Source: Calditrichia bacterium (lineage in GTDB: Bacteria > Calditrichota > Calditrichia > JAJRVZ01). Taken from it: a DNA stretch of 64,000 bases. Where the stretch lies: NCBI GenBank assembly GCA_963777955.1, contig CAVZSQ010000022.1, positions 896,001-960,000 of the forward strand. The letters run 5' to 3'. A model generated the notes under the pieces. It saw only the letters and a list, made by a program, of their open reading frames with translations, searched no databases and had not been told where the DNA came from. Positions within the stretch are counted from its first letter, which is position 1, and every line of letters starts with the position of its first letter. A program made the translations under genes and the position numbers. Shown in pieces: positions 34,980 through 46,135 of the stretch.

Positions 34980-37830
34980 TCATTCAGGCATTCCGATAAC
35001 CTTACGGTACTGTGAACTGACCGTGGGCATGGCCAGCCCGACTTTCAGATACACGCTGTGGTCCATTGGAGTTCCGGGTAATTTACTCCAGGCATATCCC
35101 GCGCCCAGGCGCAGATAAGTTGAACCAAAGGTCAGTTCGTAACCGTAACTGTAAATTTCCTGAGCATTAATGTCCTTCAGCCAGGCATAATCTACAAAAC
35201 CGTGCACAGCTAAGTTTTCCACCGGCAGGATCAACAGTACGAAGGGAGTACGTTCCATCAGGTAAAAAATGAGTTCATGGGAAGTCCAGCAAAGTTCCTT
35301 GCCGCGGATATCCTGGTTAATACCGCGTACCGGACGGGTATAGCCAAGATCACGCGGAAAATCATATTGGTAAAACCGGTCGATACCCAGAATTTGATAG
35401 GGAGGATCGTCGCCGGTATTTTTCAGGTAATGAATCCGGCTGCGCAGGCCCAGACTGGACAGGAATAAATCGGTGGCAGCTTCCAGGCCCACATCCAGAA
35501 TCTGAAACTTGATCTGGGACTGGAGTGACTGGTGAATATAAAAATAGCCTCCTACACTTTTTTCGGCCAGCAAGGGATATAACCGTGTTGGCAAATGATA
35601 TTCGCAGCGCATCCCGATCCGGCCCATGGCATACTGCGCTGGATCGCCGCCATTTACCTGTTGCCGAAGGTCTGCGATTGGTTTAAATCGATCCCAGATC
35701 AAAGCCAGCGAAGGGCTGATACCGTACCTGTTATTACCGCGCAGAAAAAAATATTTATTAATGACCAGGCCCAGGTAATCGCGATTCAACTCGAATTGAG
35801 TTTCTTCGTCCGTGTTAAAAATGACCGGACCGTGATAGTAGAAGGAGGAAATGTACAGATTCTGCCAGGCCAGCATGTGGTTGAATATTATCAGCGACCT
35901 GTCCAGATTGGCCGGATAAACCAGGAACATGCCCCAGAGCATCTGACGACGCAGAACTTCAAACCAGATAGTTGTGCCGTATAAACCGGTTTTATATCGT
36001 TCGTCATATACCGGCAGAACGAAAGAGAATCCGTGGACCATCGGGAAATAGGGATTGACACTATTCTTTTTAGCGGGGGTGAATTGAACCTGGTTCAGAG
36101 AACTAGCAGATTGCCTTAACAGATTTGGCGATGGGATTCTCCGGGTCCAGCGGGAATATAATTCATTTGATCGTGGTCACTCCGCTGTCAGCATTGACCG
36201 GCTGCAAACTGTCGGAATTGACTTTATAAAAATTCCTGCGGCTTTCGACCTGCCATGAAGTCAAATACAACGAACCGGTACGCGTATCAAAATCGTGCAG
36301 CCAGTAATCATACTGGTCGTTCAGCAGCAGGTCATATTTTTTTTGGCGCAAATTATACCTGCACAAAACAGTTTTATCGGCGATAAAACGATTGAAGTAG
36401 AAAAGAGAATCATTGATAAAAGCAGGCCGCCGGTCATCCACTGAATCATCGGTTACCGCGGTCAGTTCGCTGTCATGCAGCAGAAACAGATCGCGATTAC
36501 CATTCGGGCGCTGTGCCTCCAGCAGGTAGTTTTCTGCTGGTCCGCGGGTGATTTGTCCCAGCGGCATCGAACAGCGGTAAATGTCGGCCACACTGCCATT
36601 CAGCACATTTATTCGCCGCAGCACGGAGACGTCCGGCCGGATTTCAATCAGAATCAGTTCATTATTAGTGGTGAATGCAGCCTGGCGGGCATGGATGTTG
36701 CTGATGATCCTTTTTTTCTTACCGGTTTTACGATCAAAAACAAACCAGTCAAAAGCGAAGGTTTCCAGGTTATTATGCTGACCCAGGTGGTACCGGCCGT
36801 AAGCGATTAAATTATGATCCGGACTGAGTACCAGTTCAGTCTGGTGATCGTTAAAGAGTCTGGAGACGGTCTTAAATTTGCCTTTTTTTAGACTGGCCAC
36901 CACAGCACTGAAATAGAGATGATTCTGACTGAGTCTGGCCGAGATAAGATAGGTGCTATCCGCATCGGCAACGTTGAGCGGAATCAGCTGCTCGGTCTGG
37001 TATCCGAAATCGGGTAATTTTTGACCAAGACGGATCCGGGAATAGTCGGCATATTTATCACCATAAAACAGGATCATATGCCGCAGAAAGCGTTTAAATA
37101 CGACAGGTATTGATTCCTTATACGTATCTTTGAAGGCGGCATCGAAATCATAAAAAAATCCCTTTTCTTTATAAGAAAGAAGTTTAATGAAGGATGAATC
37201 TCCGAATTGATCGGCCAGGTAGCGCGTAAAAGCATTCGCGGCAGCGTACAATAAATGGTAATCTTTTGAAGATTCCAGATCGTCCAGGTTTAAGTTTCCT
37301 TCCAGCAGTGCCCTTTTCAGATACATGTCACCGCGGTAGGCATTCCATGACTCGGAAAAATACTGGGCCAGGCCCTCCCATAACCAGCGCGGCACTCCGA
37401 CATAACCGATAGTGCCGAAGATGTTGACAGTGCGGCGCAATTTCCGGTAAGTAACCAGGTGGACCAGTTCATGATTCAGAACCTGGATATACCAGGTCTG
37501 GTTACCGGTCCAGGAGGTGAGATAGTCTGAAGACACACTGAATATGACCGTTGTATTCTCGATAGCAAAACCATTGGAAACATCCAGTACGTCAGTAACG
37601 ATAATTCTGGCCTTTTTTTTCTGGTACGATTCCGGCGGAACGCCCACAAGTTTGCAGATAGTCGGAATGGAATTGTCGGCAATTTTCAGTATCGAGTCGG
37701 CAATAGTTTCCAGGGCCGGTTCGTATTCCACGGTGGAGTATCTGCCGGATAATTGATGCCAGTCGCCGGCAGTCAGGTATGGTGTCATTAATGACAGGAC
37801 CAGGAATGAGATAAGAAATTGAGTTTTCAT
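34980..37830 (-). CDS. Secreted/outer-membrane protein: gluzincin (peptidase MA-like) domain + beta-propeller + beta-barrel-like C-terminus (frameshift near 36166)
   Basis: Signal peptide, HELVH...WLWEGLA.Y, PD40-like D..PAF repeat; the frame upstream of 36041 stays open to about 36165, so the two ORFs join with one shift. Confidence 0.7.
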
Positions 37831-37930
37831 TATTACCTGCTATATATTGATATATTTTAATTTATATAATCAACTAATAAGAAAAAAGAATTGTTAGAAG
37901 TGAAACGACACCTGAGTTATAACCAAGTAC

Positions 37931-38002
37931 TGTCATCCCGGCTCGACCCGGGATCTATCAATACTTTTACAAAGAGATCCCGGCTCTTCGGCCGGGATGA
38001 CA
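37931..38002. repeat. GTCAT-type REP doublet
   Basis: TGTCATCCCGG-CTCGAC-CCGGGATCT ... AGATCCCGGC-TCTTCG-GCCGGGATGACA. Confidence 0.8.
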
Positions 38003-38104
38003 AAACAAGGCATATCGTTCAGGCACTCAGGGTCTGAATTATTATTTATGACCTTTGGCCCAATTTTTTTATATTTATGCAATATTAATACATGGTTCAT
38101 ACTA

Positions 38105-38710
38105 ATGAAGAGAGAATTAATGTTCCTCGGAAAATTTACAATCATTGTTATGCTCGGCTTGCTGATTACCCCGCTTCGGTCCCAAACTGGCCTGGGAGTT
38201 GCCGGAACTTTATATTACCCGGGCTTTTTTAGTTCTGAACTGAACAACAGCCGGTTTGGCCTGGGGGGAGGATACGAATTATTCGCCCGCCATAAATTAT
38301 TGGAAATAAATCCTGATATCGTGTTGCAGGCCAGATATAATTATCGAAAATTCTATGACAAAATTAATCTGCCCGCCACCGGTACGACAAGTTTCAATTT
38401 CACCTATCTGTCGATTTCGATATTATCCCCGATCAAACAGTATGATACTGTAACGATCTATGGCGGCGCTGGTATCAGTATGGCTACTATTACCTCGACA
38501 GTGAACAGCTATTATTTTAAGAAGGTTGCCGAGGTCAGTTTGCTGCCTGATCTTATCTCCGGCGTCGAATGGTACCCGGGTAAAAATTATAATATCTTTG
38601 CTGAAATATGTTTTCAATATGGCCAGGTACGGGTCAGTCATGACCTTATTCCGCTCAGCGGTCTGCGCTTCAGCCTGGGAGCGACCATGTTTTTAATTGC
38701 CGAAGAATAA
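38105..38710 (+). CDS. Outer-membrane beta-barrel-like protein
   Basis: Signal peptide; alternating aromatic/Gly beta-strands (YGGAG, G.RFSLG). Confidence 0.6.
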   Translation: MKRELMFLGKFTIIVMLGLLITPLRSQTGLGVAGTLYYPGFFSSELNNSRFGLGGGYELFARHKLLEINPDIVLQARYNYRKFYDKINLPATGTTSFNFTYLSISILSPIKQYDTVTIYGGAGISMATITSTVNSYYFKKVAEVSLLPDLISGVEWYPGKNYNIFAEICFQYGQVRVSHDLIPLSGLRFSLGATMFLIAEE

Positions 38711-38722
38711 ACCTGGCCGACA

Positions 38723-39580
38723 ATGATGGAAAACCTGGACAATTTTAAATCCTCAAAGCCAGCACTTGATCCGGCACAAAATTCAGGCAAACATATCGGA
38801 GTGATCGACACGCTGGAATTCCAACCATTGCTGTATGGGATCAAAAATAAGTTGATCAAACATCCGTTCGAACTGCTGAACACAGATCTCGCAGGGTCAG
38901 CCAGATCTTTAAGGGATGGAGCGACGGAACTGAGTTTGATCCCTTCGGTTGAATATGCCCGGACCAGGGAAACCTGGAATATCATACCGGGAATATGTAT
39001 CAACTGCTCCGGCAGTGTTCTGAATGTGCAGTTATTTTTCAAAAAAGGATTGAAAGATCTGAAGAAAATTGCTGTCGATAACCAGGCTCCCTCAGCTGCA
39101 ATCTTGTTGAAAATCCTGATGCGCGAGAAGTACGTAATGAGTCCGGACTATCTGGAAATGCCGGCAGACCTTCGGCATATGTTAGAGCAGGCCGATGCAG
39201 CCCTGATCAGCGGTGATAAAGCCCTGGAATATTATCAGCAGCACCAGAGTCGTCTGGATCTGAACGAGGAGTGGGTGGATCTGACCGGGCTGCCATTTAT
39301 ATATTCTTTCTGGGCCGGACGTGAATTTACCATCACCACCGATGAAGTTCGCCTGATCAGGAAATCATTCGATCTGGGCCTGAGAAATGTGGAACATATT
39401 TGTAAGGATTATGCGGCTCAACACGGTGCAGACTGGGTGTATTACCATGATTTTTTAACTAAAAACATTTCTTATAATTTTGATGAGCGGGGGAAAGAAG
39501 GATTAATGGAATTTTATAATTACGCTTTCTTTTTCGGCTATACAGAATTTATTCCGGATCTACATTTTTATTCCTTCTGA
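38723..39580 (+). CDS. mqnA: MqnA/MqnD family protein (chorismate dehydratase-like, futalosine pathway)
   Basis: IPSVEY, DAALI.GD.AL, DL.EEW..LTGLPF....W, Y.F....KEGL.EF; several active-site positions diverge (see findings). Confidence 0.7.
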   Translation: MMENLDNFKSSKPALDPAQNSGKHIGVIDTLEFQPLLYGIKNKLIKHPFELLNTDLAGSARSLRDGATELSLIPSVEYARTRETWNIIPGICINCSGSVLNVQLFFKKGLKDLKKIAVDNQAPSAAILLKILMREKYVMSPDYLEMPADLRHMLEQADAALISGDKALEYYQQHQSRLDLNEEWVDLTGLPFIYSFWAGREFTITTDEVRLIRKSFDLGLRNVEHICKDYAAQHGADWVYYHDFLTKNISYNFDERGKEGLMEFYNYAFFFGYTEFIPDLHFYSF

Positions 39581-39725
39581 GAGTGCCTAAGTCCACCCTT
39601 AGTCCCTGAGTTCCTGAATCCCTTTGTACCTGAGTTTCTAATCCGCTCCTTTCATTCCTTTCCTTATGATAAGGGAGGGGAAAGAGGAGTGGGTTACTCA
39701 GGGACTAAGGAACTCAGGTTCTTAG
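39581..39725. repeat. Composite palindromic element with octamer-like repeats
   Basis: CTTAGTCCCTGAGT (39598) and ACTCAGGGACTAAG (39696) inverted; central pyrimidine/purine stem 39641-39694. Confidence 0.65.
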
Positions 39726-40361
39726 ATATACCCTTCTGATAAAAACCGCCGAGCCCAAAACAATACCCGTCGCGAACAACCACCAATGATAGTTCTGCGG
39801 TATTTGCTGCAAAGGGATCGTCTGCACTTCAGTGAAGAAAGATAGGAGGATCAGCAGGCCGGCCAGAATTTCCAGAGCTGATTCCAGGCGGCTGAAGTGC
39901 AGCGGTAGTTCCCTTGATTCAAAAAAGAGCATGACCAGCGCGGCTGTGATCAGGGCAATTGATACCAGCAGCGGTGCCAGCACGGGTCCAAGCCAGGGTA
40001 GCGGTATCAGAAATAAAACATCCCAGTCCAGGAATGATGCCGGCCAGTTTAATAATATCTTTAACCAGACATAATACCAGATATCCCAGATACCAAAAGA
40101 ATAACAAAAATAAGCCAGGACTGTTTGTCTGCGACCGGCGATCAGCTTAGCCAGGGCATAGAGCATAATAATCGTGGCCGCCTCGCGTCCAGCCTCGATC
40201 AGCAGTACAGAGCGCGGTATATTGACCAGCGGAAAATGGAAGCCGGCCGGGTAATAAATTTTTCGCAGGTAAACTACAATAGTGGCCTCCAGATAGGCCA
40301 TGGCCACAGCGAAGAGGGCAGTAATCACCAGGGTTTGAACTGTTTTTTTGGAATAGAGCAT
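39714..40361 (-). CDS. Conserved membrane protein
   Basis: AMAYLEA..VVYLR, REAATIIML, WDIWYY.WL, DVLFLIP.PW.GPV. Confidence 0.75.
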   Translation of the reverse strand: MLYSKKTVQTLVITALFAVAMAYLEATIVVYLRKIYYPAGFHFPLVNIPRSVLLIEAGREAATIIMLYALAKLIAGRRQTVLAYFCYSFGIWDIWYYVWLKILLNWPASFLDWDVLFLIPLPWLGPVLAPLLVSIALITAALVMLFFESRELPLHFSRLESALEILAGLLILLSFFTEVQTIPLQQIPQNYHWWLFATGIVLGSAVFIRRVYLRT

Positions 40362-40380
40362 CGCTGGATTTTCCGAGCAA

Positions 40381-40416
40381 ATAAAAAAGCCCGAATGGTC
40401 TATTCGGGCTTTTATT
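40381..40416 (-). terminator. Intrinsic terminator after clpC
   Basis: AAAAGCCCGAAT-GGTCT-ATTCGGGCTTTT flanked by A/T tracts. Confidence 0.75.
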
Positions 40417-40431
40417 GAAATTGTGTTTGTC

Positions 40432-42897
40432 TTAGTCTACCTGTATATCCGACGGCTTGTCCTCTGTTTTACCGATCTCGAAGAAACCAAGTTCGGTTTT
40501 GCTTTTCATTTTTATCTGGATAATGCTGCCCTCGCCGAAGGTGCCTTTGAGTATTTCATCGGCAATGGGATCCTCGATGTATTTCTGGATGGCGCGTTTG
40601 AGCGGGCGTGCGCCATTAACCGGATCAAAACCGTTCTCGGCGATAAATCTTTTGGCTCCGTCGGTTAGCACAAACTGTATTTTACGGTCCGCCACCTTGT
40701 CTGACATTTCCCGCAGTACGATATCGACGATATTAACCATATGCTCGATTTGTAAGTGGTTAAAGTAGACAATATCGTCGATGCGGTTTAAAAATTCGGG
40801 ATTGAAAATCCGTTTCAGTTCATCGGATATTTTGCTTTTCATTTTTTCAAAGTCATCCAGCTGATCATTACCGGTGAAACCGTAATTCATATTCTGCTTT
40901 ATTTCCCGGGTACCGACATTGGAGGTCATGATCAGGATGGTATTCTTAAAATCAACCCGGCGGCCGAGACTGTCGGTCAGATGTCCTTCATCCAAAACCT
41001 GCAGCAGGATATTGAATACATCCGGATGGGCTTTTTCAATCTCGTCCAGCAGAACCACGGCATAAGGTCGGCGCCGTATTTTTTCGGTCAGCAGGCCACC
41101 TTCTTCATAACCCACGTATCCGGGCGGAGATCCGACCAGGCGGGAAACATTGAATTTCTCCATATATTCGCTCATATCAACGCGGACCAGGGCGTTGGGC
41201 GATTCGAATAAATAATTGGCCAGTACTTTAGCCAGATGGGTTTTGCCGACACCGGTGGGTCCCAGGAAGATAAACGAGCCGATAGGACGATTGGGATCTT
41301 TCAAGCCCGCGCGGGTGCGGCGGATCGCTTTGGTTATTACCTTGATTGCTTCATCCTGTCCGATAACTTTTTCCTTCAGCACATCTTCCATTTTGAGCAA
41401 CTTGTGCGTTTCCGTTTCGGTAATGCGCTTGGTCGGGATACCGGTCATCATCGATACGACTTCAGCCACATCATCGACTTCGACCACCGCCACGCGTGAT
41501 TCCTCTTCAATTTCCCATTTCTCCCGGGCGGCATCCAGTTTATCCGTCAAGTTGCGTTCCATATCGCGCAGTTTGGCTGCCCGCTCAAAGTCCTGTAATT
41601 TCGCCAGGGATTCCTTTTCAGATTTAAGGCGTTCGATTTCATCTTCCATATCGATAATATCCTGCGGTACCACGATATTGGCGATATGCACCCGTGAACC
41701 GGTTTCATCCATCACGTCGATGGCTTTATCGGGAAAATTTTTATCGGTGATATAACGATCGCTCAGGGTAACCGAAGCCACCAGCGCTTCATCGGGGAAG
41801 ATCACATGATGATGTTCTTCATATTTATGACCGATCGAGCGCAGGATTTCCAGGGTTTGTTCGGAGGTAGTCGGTTCAATCATCACTTTCTGGAATCGTC
41901 TTTCCAGCGCACCGTCTTTTTCGATATACATGCGGTATTCATCGAGAGTAGTGGCGCCGATGCACTGCAATTCGCCGCGGGCCAGGGCCGGTTTGAACAT
42001 GTTGGAAGCATCCAGAGAACCGGAAGCACCGCCGGCACCGACAATGGTGTGCAGTTCATCGATGAACAGTATAACGTCATCGGCTTTTTCCAGCTCGGTC
42101 ATGATCGCTTTCATCCGTTCTTCGAACTGACCGCGGTATTTGGTACCGGCCACAATTGAACCCATATCCAGGGCCACCACGCGTTTGTTGTGCAGTACAC
42201 GCGGCACTTTTTTCTGCACGATTCGCAGGGCCAGACCTTCGGCGATGGCTGTTTTACCTACCCCGGGTTCGCCGATCAGTACCGGATTATTCTTCTTGCG
42301 GCGGCTGAGGATCTGGGCCACCCGCTGAATTTCTTCATCCCGGCCGATGATCGGATCAAGTTTACCCTCGGTGGCCAGATTGGTCAGGTCGCGGCCAAAA
42401 TGATCCAGGGCCGGTGTCTTGGTTTTCTTTATGCTTGGTCTGGGCCGGGGAGCCGTCGGTTTGCCGGCCAGGATATTTTCCAATTCCTGGTAACAGGCGT
42501 TATAATCGATATTGAAAGTGAGCAATATCTGGGCGGCCAGACTGTCTTTCTCTTTCAGGATTGACAGCAGCAGATGCTCGGTGCCGATGACATCGTTCTT
42601 GAAGTTCTTTGCTTCGATATAGGTCATTTTCAGGGCTTTTTCGGCGCGTTTGGACAGGGGCAAATTCCCGATGGTCATGGTTCCGCCGGAAGGCGCCGTG
42701 GAATCTTCAATGGCTTTTTTGAGTTTAGTCAGTTCACAATTAAGATTCTGCAATATCTTTATGGCAATGCCTTCGCCTTCCTTTAACATACCAAGCAGCA
42801 GATGTTCCGTACCGATATAATCATGGCCCAGACGCATCGCTTCTTCCTTGGAATAGCGAATGACCTTTTGTACGCGACTTGTAAAATTATTTCTCAT
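40432..42897 (-). CDS. clpC: ATP-dependent Clp protease ATP-binding subunit ClpC
   Basis: Two Clp-N repeats (IGTEHLLL), Walker A GEPGVGKT and GPTGVGKT, short UVR coil ([11 protein letters not shown]), YGF loop. Confidence 0.96.
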   Translation of the reverse strand: MRNNFTSRVQKVIRYSKEEAMRLGHDYIGTEHLLLGMLKEGEGIAIKILQNLNCELTKLKKAIEDSTAPSGGTMTIGNLPLSKRAEKALKMTYIEAKNFKNDVIGTEHLLLSILKEKDSLAAQILLTFNIDYNACYQELENILAGKPTAPRPRPSIKKTKTPALDHFGRDLTNLATEGKLDPIIGRDEEIQRVAQILSRRKKNNPVLIGEPGVGKTAIAEGLALRIVQKKVPRVLHNKRVVALDMGSIVAGTKYRGQFEERMKAIMTELEKADDVILFIDELHTIVGAGGASGSLDASNMFKPALARGELQCIGATTLDEYRMYIEKDGALERRFQKVMIEPTTSEQTLEILRSIGHKYEEHHHVIFPDEALVASVTLSDRYITDKNFPDKAIDVMDETGSRVHIANIVVPQDIIDMEDEIERLKSEKESLAKLQDFERAAKLRDMERNLTDKLDAAREKWEIEEESRVAVVEVDDVAEVVSMMTGIPTKRITETETHKLLKMEDVLKEKVIGQDEAIKVITKAIRRTRAGLKDPNRPIGSFIFLGPTGVGKTHLAKVLANYLFESPNALVRVDMSEYMEKFNVSRLVGSPPGYVGYEEGGLLTEKIRRRPYAVVLLDEIEKAHPDVFNILLQVLDEGHLTDSLGRRVDFKNTILIMTSNVGTREIKQNMNYGFTGNDQLDDFEKMKSKISDELKRIFNPEFLNRIDDIVYFNHLQIEHMVNIVDIVLREMSDKVADRKIQFVLTDGAKRFIAENGFDPVNGARPLKRAIQKYIEDPIADEILKGTFGEGSIIQIKMKSKTELGFFEIGKTEDKPSDIQVD

Positions 42898-43077
42898 TAA
42901 ACCTTATCCTGAAATCAAAATTAAACCGTTTTGCTTCTCAAGCAAGATAAATTTACTTAAATATTCATTAAAACTCAATCCACACATTATTATTTAACGT
43001 ACCAGCATAGTCATAATATTCCACTTTATAATAAATGTGATAAACTGTAAATTGTTCCCCGACAGTCTTATTAAGGC

Positions 43078-43106
43078 TTGATTATAAGTATTAATCGGCC
43101 TATTTT
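43078..43106 (+). promoter_or_regulatory. Putative sigma70 promoter
   Basis: TTGATT-N17-TATTTT upstream of 43143. Confidence 0.35.
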
Positions 43107-43142
43107 GCAGAAATTCAAGGAAAATCCGGAGATAATTTTAAG

Positions 43143-43886
43143 ATGAAGAAGCTTATATTTTTATTGATGTTACCTATACTGATTTTTGCACAGGAAGAAG
43201 CGGTGCTGGAACCTACTACCTTAATTGATGTTCCGACGGCCGGGATGCTGATGCGGGGTAGTTTTCAACTGCAGTTACGGGCCTATGCCCAGGGCGGCTT
43301 GCTGGGCAGTATTGATGTGGGTATTCTGGATCGCTTCATGATCGGCATCTCTTATGGCGGGACCAATATAGTTGGCCGGGGCAGGATCCACGGGAATCCC
43401 CAGCCGGGGGTTCAGGTTCGTTACCGTTTATGGGAAGAGCAGTTGACCGTTCCGGCGCTGGTGCTGGGTTATCATTCCCAGGGTTATGGCGCTTATATTG
43501 ACAGTACGAACCGCTATCTGGTCAAATCGATGGGTGTTTTTGCGGTGGCCAGTAAAAATTTCAATTTCTTAGGAAACCTGGGTTTCCATGGCGGGACTAA
43601 TTTAAGTCTGGAACGCGGTGACGGGGATAAGGACATTAACTTTTTCGCCGGCATCGACAAAAATCTCAATCCCGAATTATCGCTGATTGCGGAATATAAT
43701 TTTGCCATAAATGATAATGATCATCGGGCTGTCGGTAGCGGGGAAGGGTATCTGAATGCCGGTTTGCGCTGGATATTTGCCGGAAAGTTAGAAATTGATT
43801 TCATGTTCAGGAATATACTTAAAAATAAAAATGAATTTGAGCAGGTCTCCAGGGAAATAAAACTTACCTATGCGGTGATTTTTTAA
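43143..43886 (+). CDS. Outer-membrane beta-barrel protein (YjbH-like)
   Basis: Signal peptide, LID.PTA N-terminal motif, beta-strand pattern, terminal Phe. Confidence 0.65.
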   Translation: MKKLIFLLMLPILIFAQEEAVLEPTTLIDVPTAGMLMRGSFQLQLRAYAQGGLLGSIDVGILDRFMIGISYGGTNIVGRGRIHGNPQPGVQVRYRLWEEQLTVPALVLGYHSQGYGAYIDSTNRYLVKSMGVFAVASKNFNFLGNLGFHGGTNLSLERGDGDKDINFFAGIDKNLNPELSLIAEYNFAINDNDHRAVGSGEGYLNAGLRWIFAGKLEIDFMFRNILKNKNEFEQVSREIKLTYAVIF

Positions 43887-43929
43887 TTCCGCCTTCGGCG
43901 GCATGGTCGAATCATGATTCACCTTTTAT

Positions 43930-44011
43930 GTAGGCACAATCCTCGGATCTGTCCCTACATAAACGTGTATTATGGGAGAGCATCGTGGGACAGGTCGCGA
44001 CCTGTCCCTAC
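43930..44011. repeat. Pair of GTAG-family REP palindromes
   Basis: GTAGGCACA...TGTCCCTAC and GTGGGACAGGTCGCGACCTGTCCCTAC; the second nearly matches 59439-59466. Confidence 0.8.
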
Positions 44012-44014
44012 ACT

Positions 44015-44877
44015 TTAATTCTTTCTTTCAAAATACACCAGCAATCCCACCGCCAGCAGGATCGTGCCTGCCCCGGCGTAAAAACTAACCTCCGGAAATT
44101 CCGCAAAAAATAGCATACCGCCCAGTGTGGCCAGCACCGGTTCCAGCAGCATGCTCATGTTGACCTTGAAAATCTGTAAATGACGCGAAGACCAGTTCAG
44201 CAGGGAGTGACCGATAAGATTTGGTCCCAGGGCCAATAAGATCATCATCAGCCAGCTTTGTAATTTGTAATTGGTAAAAGAATTGTTATTGGCGATCATG
44301 TATACGGCGCAGAATATAGCGGCGGAGCCGTAGATATAGATCAGGTATTTTATGAAATCCTGTTCTGATTTGTGTCGCCGGGCGATTGACAGATAGAGTG
44401 CCACGCAGAGGGCTGACAGAACCGCCAGGGCATCACCGGTAATCCGGGTGCCGCTCCGGCCGAGATCCGGGTAAACGATCAGGGCCATCCCGGCGGCGGC
44501 CAGCAGAAACAGCGGGATGATGTTTCTATTCGGATATTCTTTCAGAAGTAGCGCCGAAACGATGACAGCGAAGATGGGGTGGGTGCCTTCCAGGAAGATG
44601 GAGTGGGCGATGGTGGTCATCTGCAGCGAGGCGATCCAGCTGATGAAATGCACCGCCAGGAAGATTCCGGCCAGCACGTAATTCCAGTGGAACTCCAACA
44701 GTGATGATTTTTTTGTCCTGGGCAGAGAGGAGTGGTAGACCAGCAGGATAACAGCACTGATAGCCAGGCGGTAGAAAGAAATCACGGTAGGGGGCACGTC
44801 CCCGCACCAGCGCACCAGGATGGAACTGACGGCGGTGATCAGGACACCGGTTAGAAGTAAATATAAATACGAAACAT
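44015..44877 (-). CDS. DMT/EamA-family transporter (true ATG at 44877 offset by a one-base T-run deletion)
   Basis: Ten-TM pattern, FYRL, HF..W..SL..T.IA, GH...NW, L.EPV; upstream LLLTGVLITAVSSILVR is in frame. Confidence 0.85.
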
Positions 44878-45170
44878 TTATGGTTCAGTTATCACTTTTA
44901 CAAAATTTATAAATTCTATACTTAGAAGTACATTCTTTATTATTAGATGATTAAAAATTGTATTGGGATACATTTTACCTAAAAAGTTAACATATAATAA
45001 ATTATTGGTAATAAGAAATATATTTTCAGTTAATATATATTTGTTCTAATTACTTTGACCTTATTTCTTCTTTATCTTCAATTTATTTATATCTATAAAT
45101 ATTAAGAAAAAAATATTCCATATCATTTTTGCAAAATAATTGATATATTATTGAGATTAAAAAGGAGGGT

Positions 45171-45747
45171 ATGAATATGAGTTTACCAAAACATTGGTAT
45201 ATTTTTATTATTCCCGGAATGATTTATTTACTTGCTTTTTATATTTTGTTCGGAACAACACTTTTCACTACTACTCCAGTTCCTGAAATTAAGATTATTC
45301 ATAGACACTTTAAAAGATTATAGCGTTGTAAGTATCTTGTTATTGACTATTTGCTTATTTATGTTGCAGGCAATATGGTTGACAATATTATTAGAATTAT
45401 TTATAAAATATGTTGCGATAAAGAAAATGATTTTACTGCTGAACAAGAAATAAAATATTATGATACACAGTAACCCCAAGTTACAACTGATTTTGACAAA
45501 TAAAAATATATTCAATTAGTTTTTGTCAGAGGTGTATGTCTTGAACTAATCATGCTATTTGTATTATATTTCATTTATTTGTGTAAGGAAACAAAATTTC
45601 ACAGAGCATTGTTGGCAGTAGTAGTTTGAATTACTATAATATTTCGATTCCTCGTTCTTTCATTTTCTTGGCTTCATTGGTGTGATGTTAGGCAACATTA
45701 TAAGAGAGCTCAAGTAAAAGGATTAAAAACAGATTTAAAATGTTAAA
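45171..45747 (+). pseudogene. AT-rich, multiply frameshifted membrane-protein ORF remnant
   Basis: AAGGAGG RBS + ATG; hydrophobic segments continue across several frames with stops. Confidence 0.4.
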
Positions 45748-45758
45748 TTCTGTATAAG

Positions 45759-45857
45759 TGGACAAAGTGAATTATTTTATGGAAAAAGATCATTGAAACA
45801 TGGGACTCGTGATAATGACGACCGCGAGTTACAGGCAGTTTTGACCGATCCCATTCC
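45759..45857 (+). repeat. Decayed direct copy of an internal segment (46527-46623) of the C1B peptidase gene
   Basis: Shares GACGACCGCGAGTTACAGGCA.TTTTGACCGATCCCATTCC plus a more diverged 5' half with two small insertions. Confidence 0.9.
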
Positions 45858-45880
45858 TTATGGGGAATTGAGAAGTTCAA

Positions 45881-45969
45881 TCCCGTAAACGATTATCTGA
45901 AAATAGCCTCACCAATTTATTGGTGGGTAATATGGTTGGAGGCAATATCAACCGTCCCGGCGGGACGGT
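45881..45969. repeat. CGTC/GTCCC-type REP-like palindromes
   Basis: AATAGCCTCACCAAT-TT-ATTGGTGGG and ACCGTCCCG-G-CGGGACGGT hairpins. Confidence 0.7.
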
Positions 45970-45994
45970 GTGATTCTGGGCGAGAGCAGTATCT

Positions 45995-46074
45995 CACACC
46001 CCTCTGATCCCCCTCCCCGAACTGGGGGAGAGGGGCAGGACCCCGACTCCGCTCGGGGAACGGAATAGGGGAGA
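45995..46074. repeat. C-run/G-run REP-like palindrome
   Basis: CCCCTCT..CCCCCTCCCC...GGGGGAGAGGGG, plus CCCCGA..TCGGGG. Confidence 0.6.
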
Positions 46075-46135
46075 GAAGGCATATAAATATTCGATAAGAT
46101 ATGTTTCTAAAAGGATTAAAACAGAAAGGAATGTC

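Noticed and set aside
37997..38104. N-terminal extension of the 237-aa ORF starting in the REP
   Set aside because: The ATG comes from the repeat; a signal peptide begins at 38105-38120
42898..43142. CtsR or CIRCE operator upstream of clpC
   Set aside because: No heptad direct repeat or CIRCE inverted repeat recognisable; no ctsR-mcsA-mcsB adjacent
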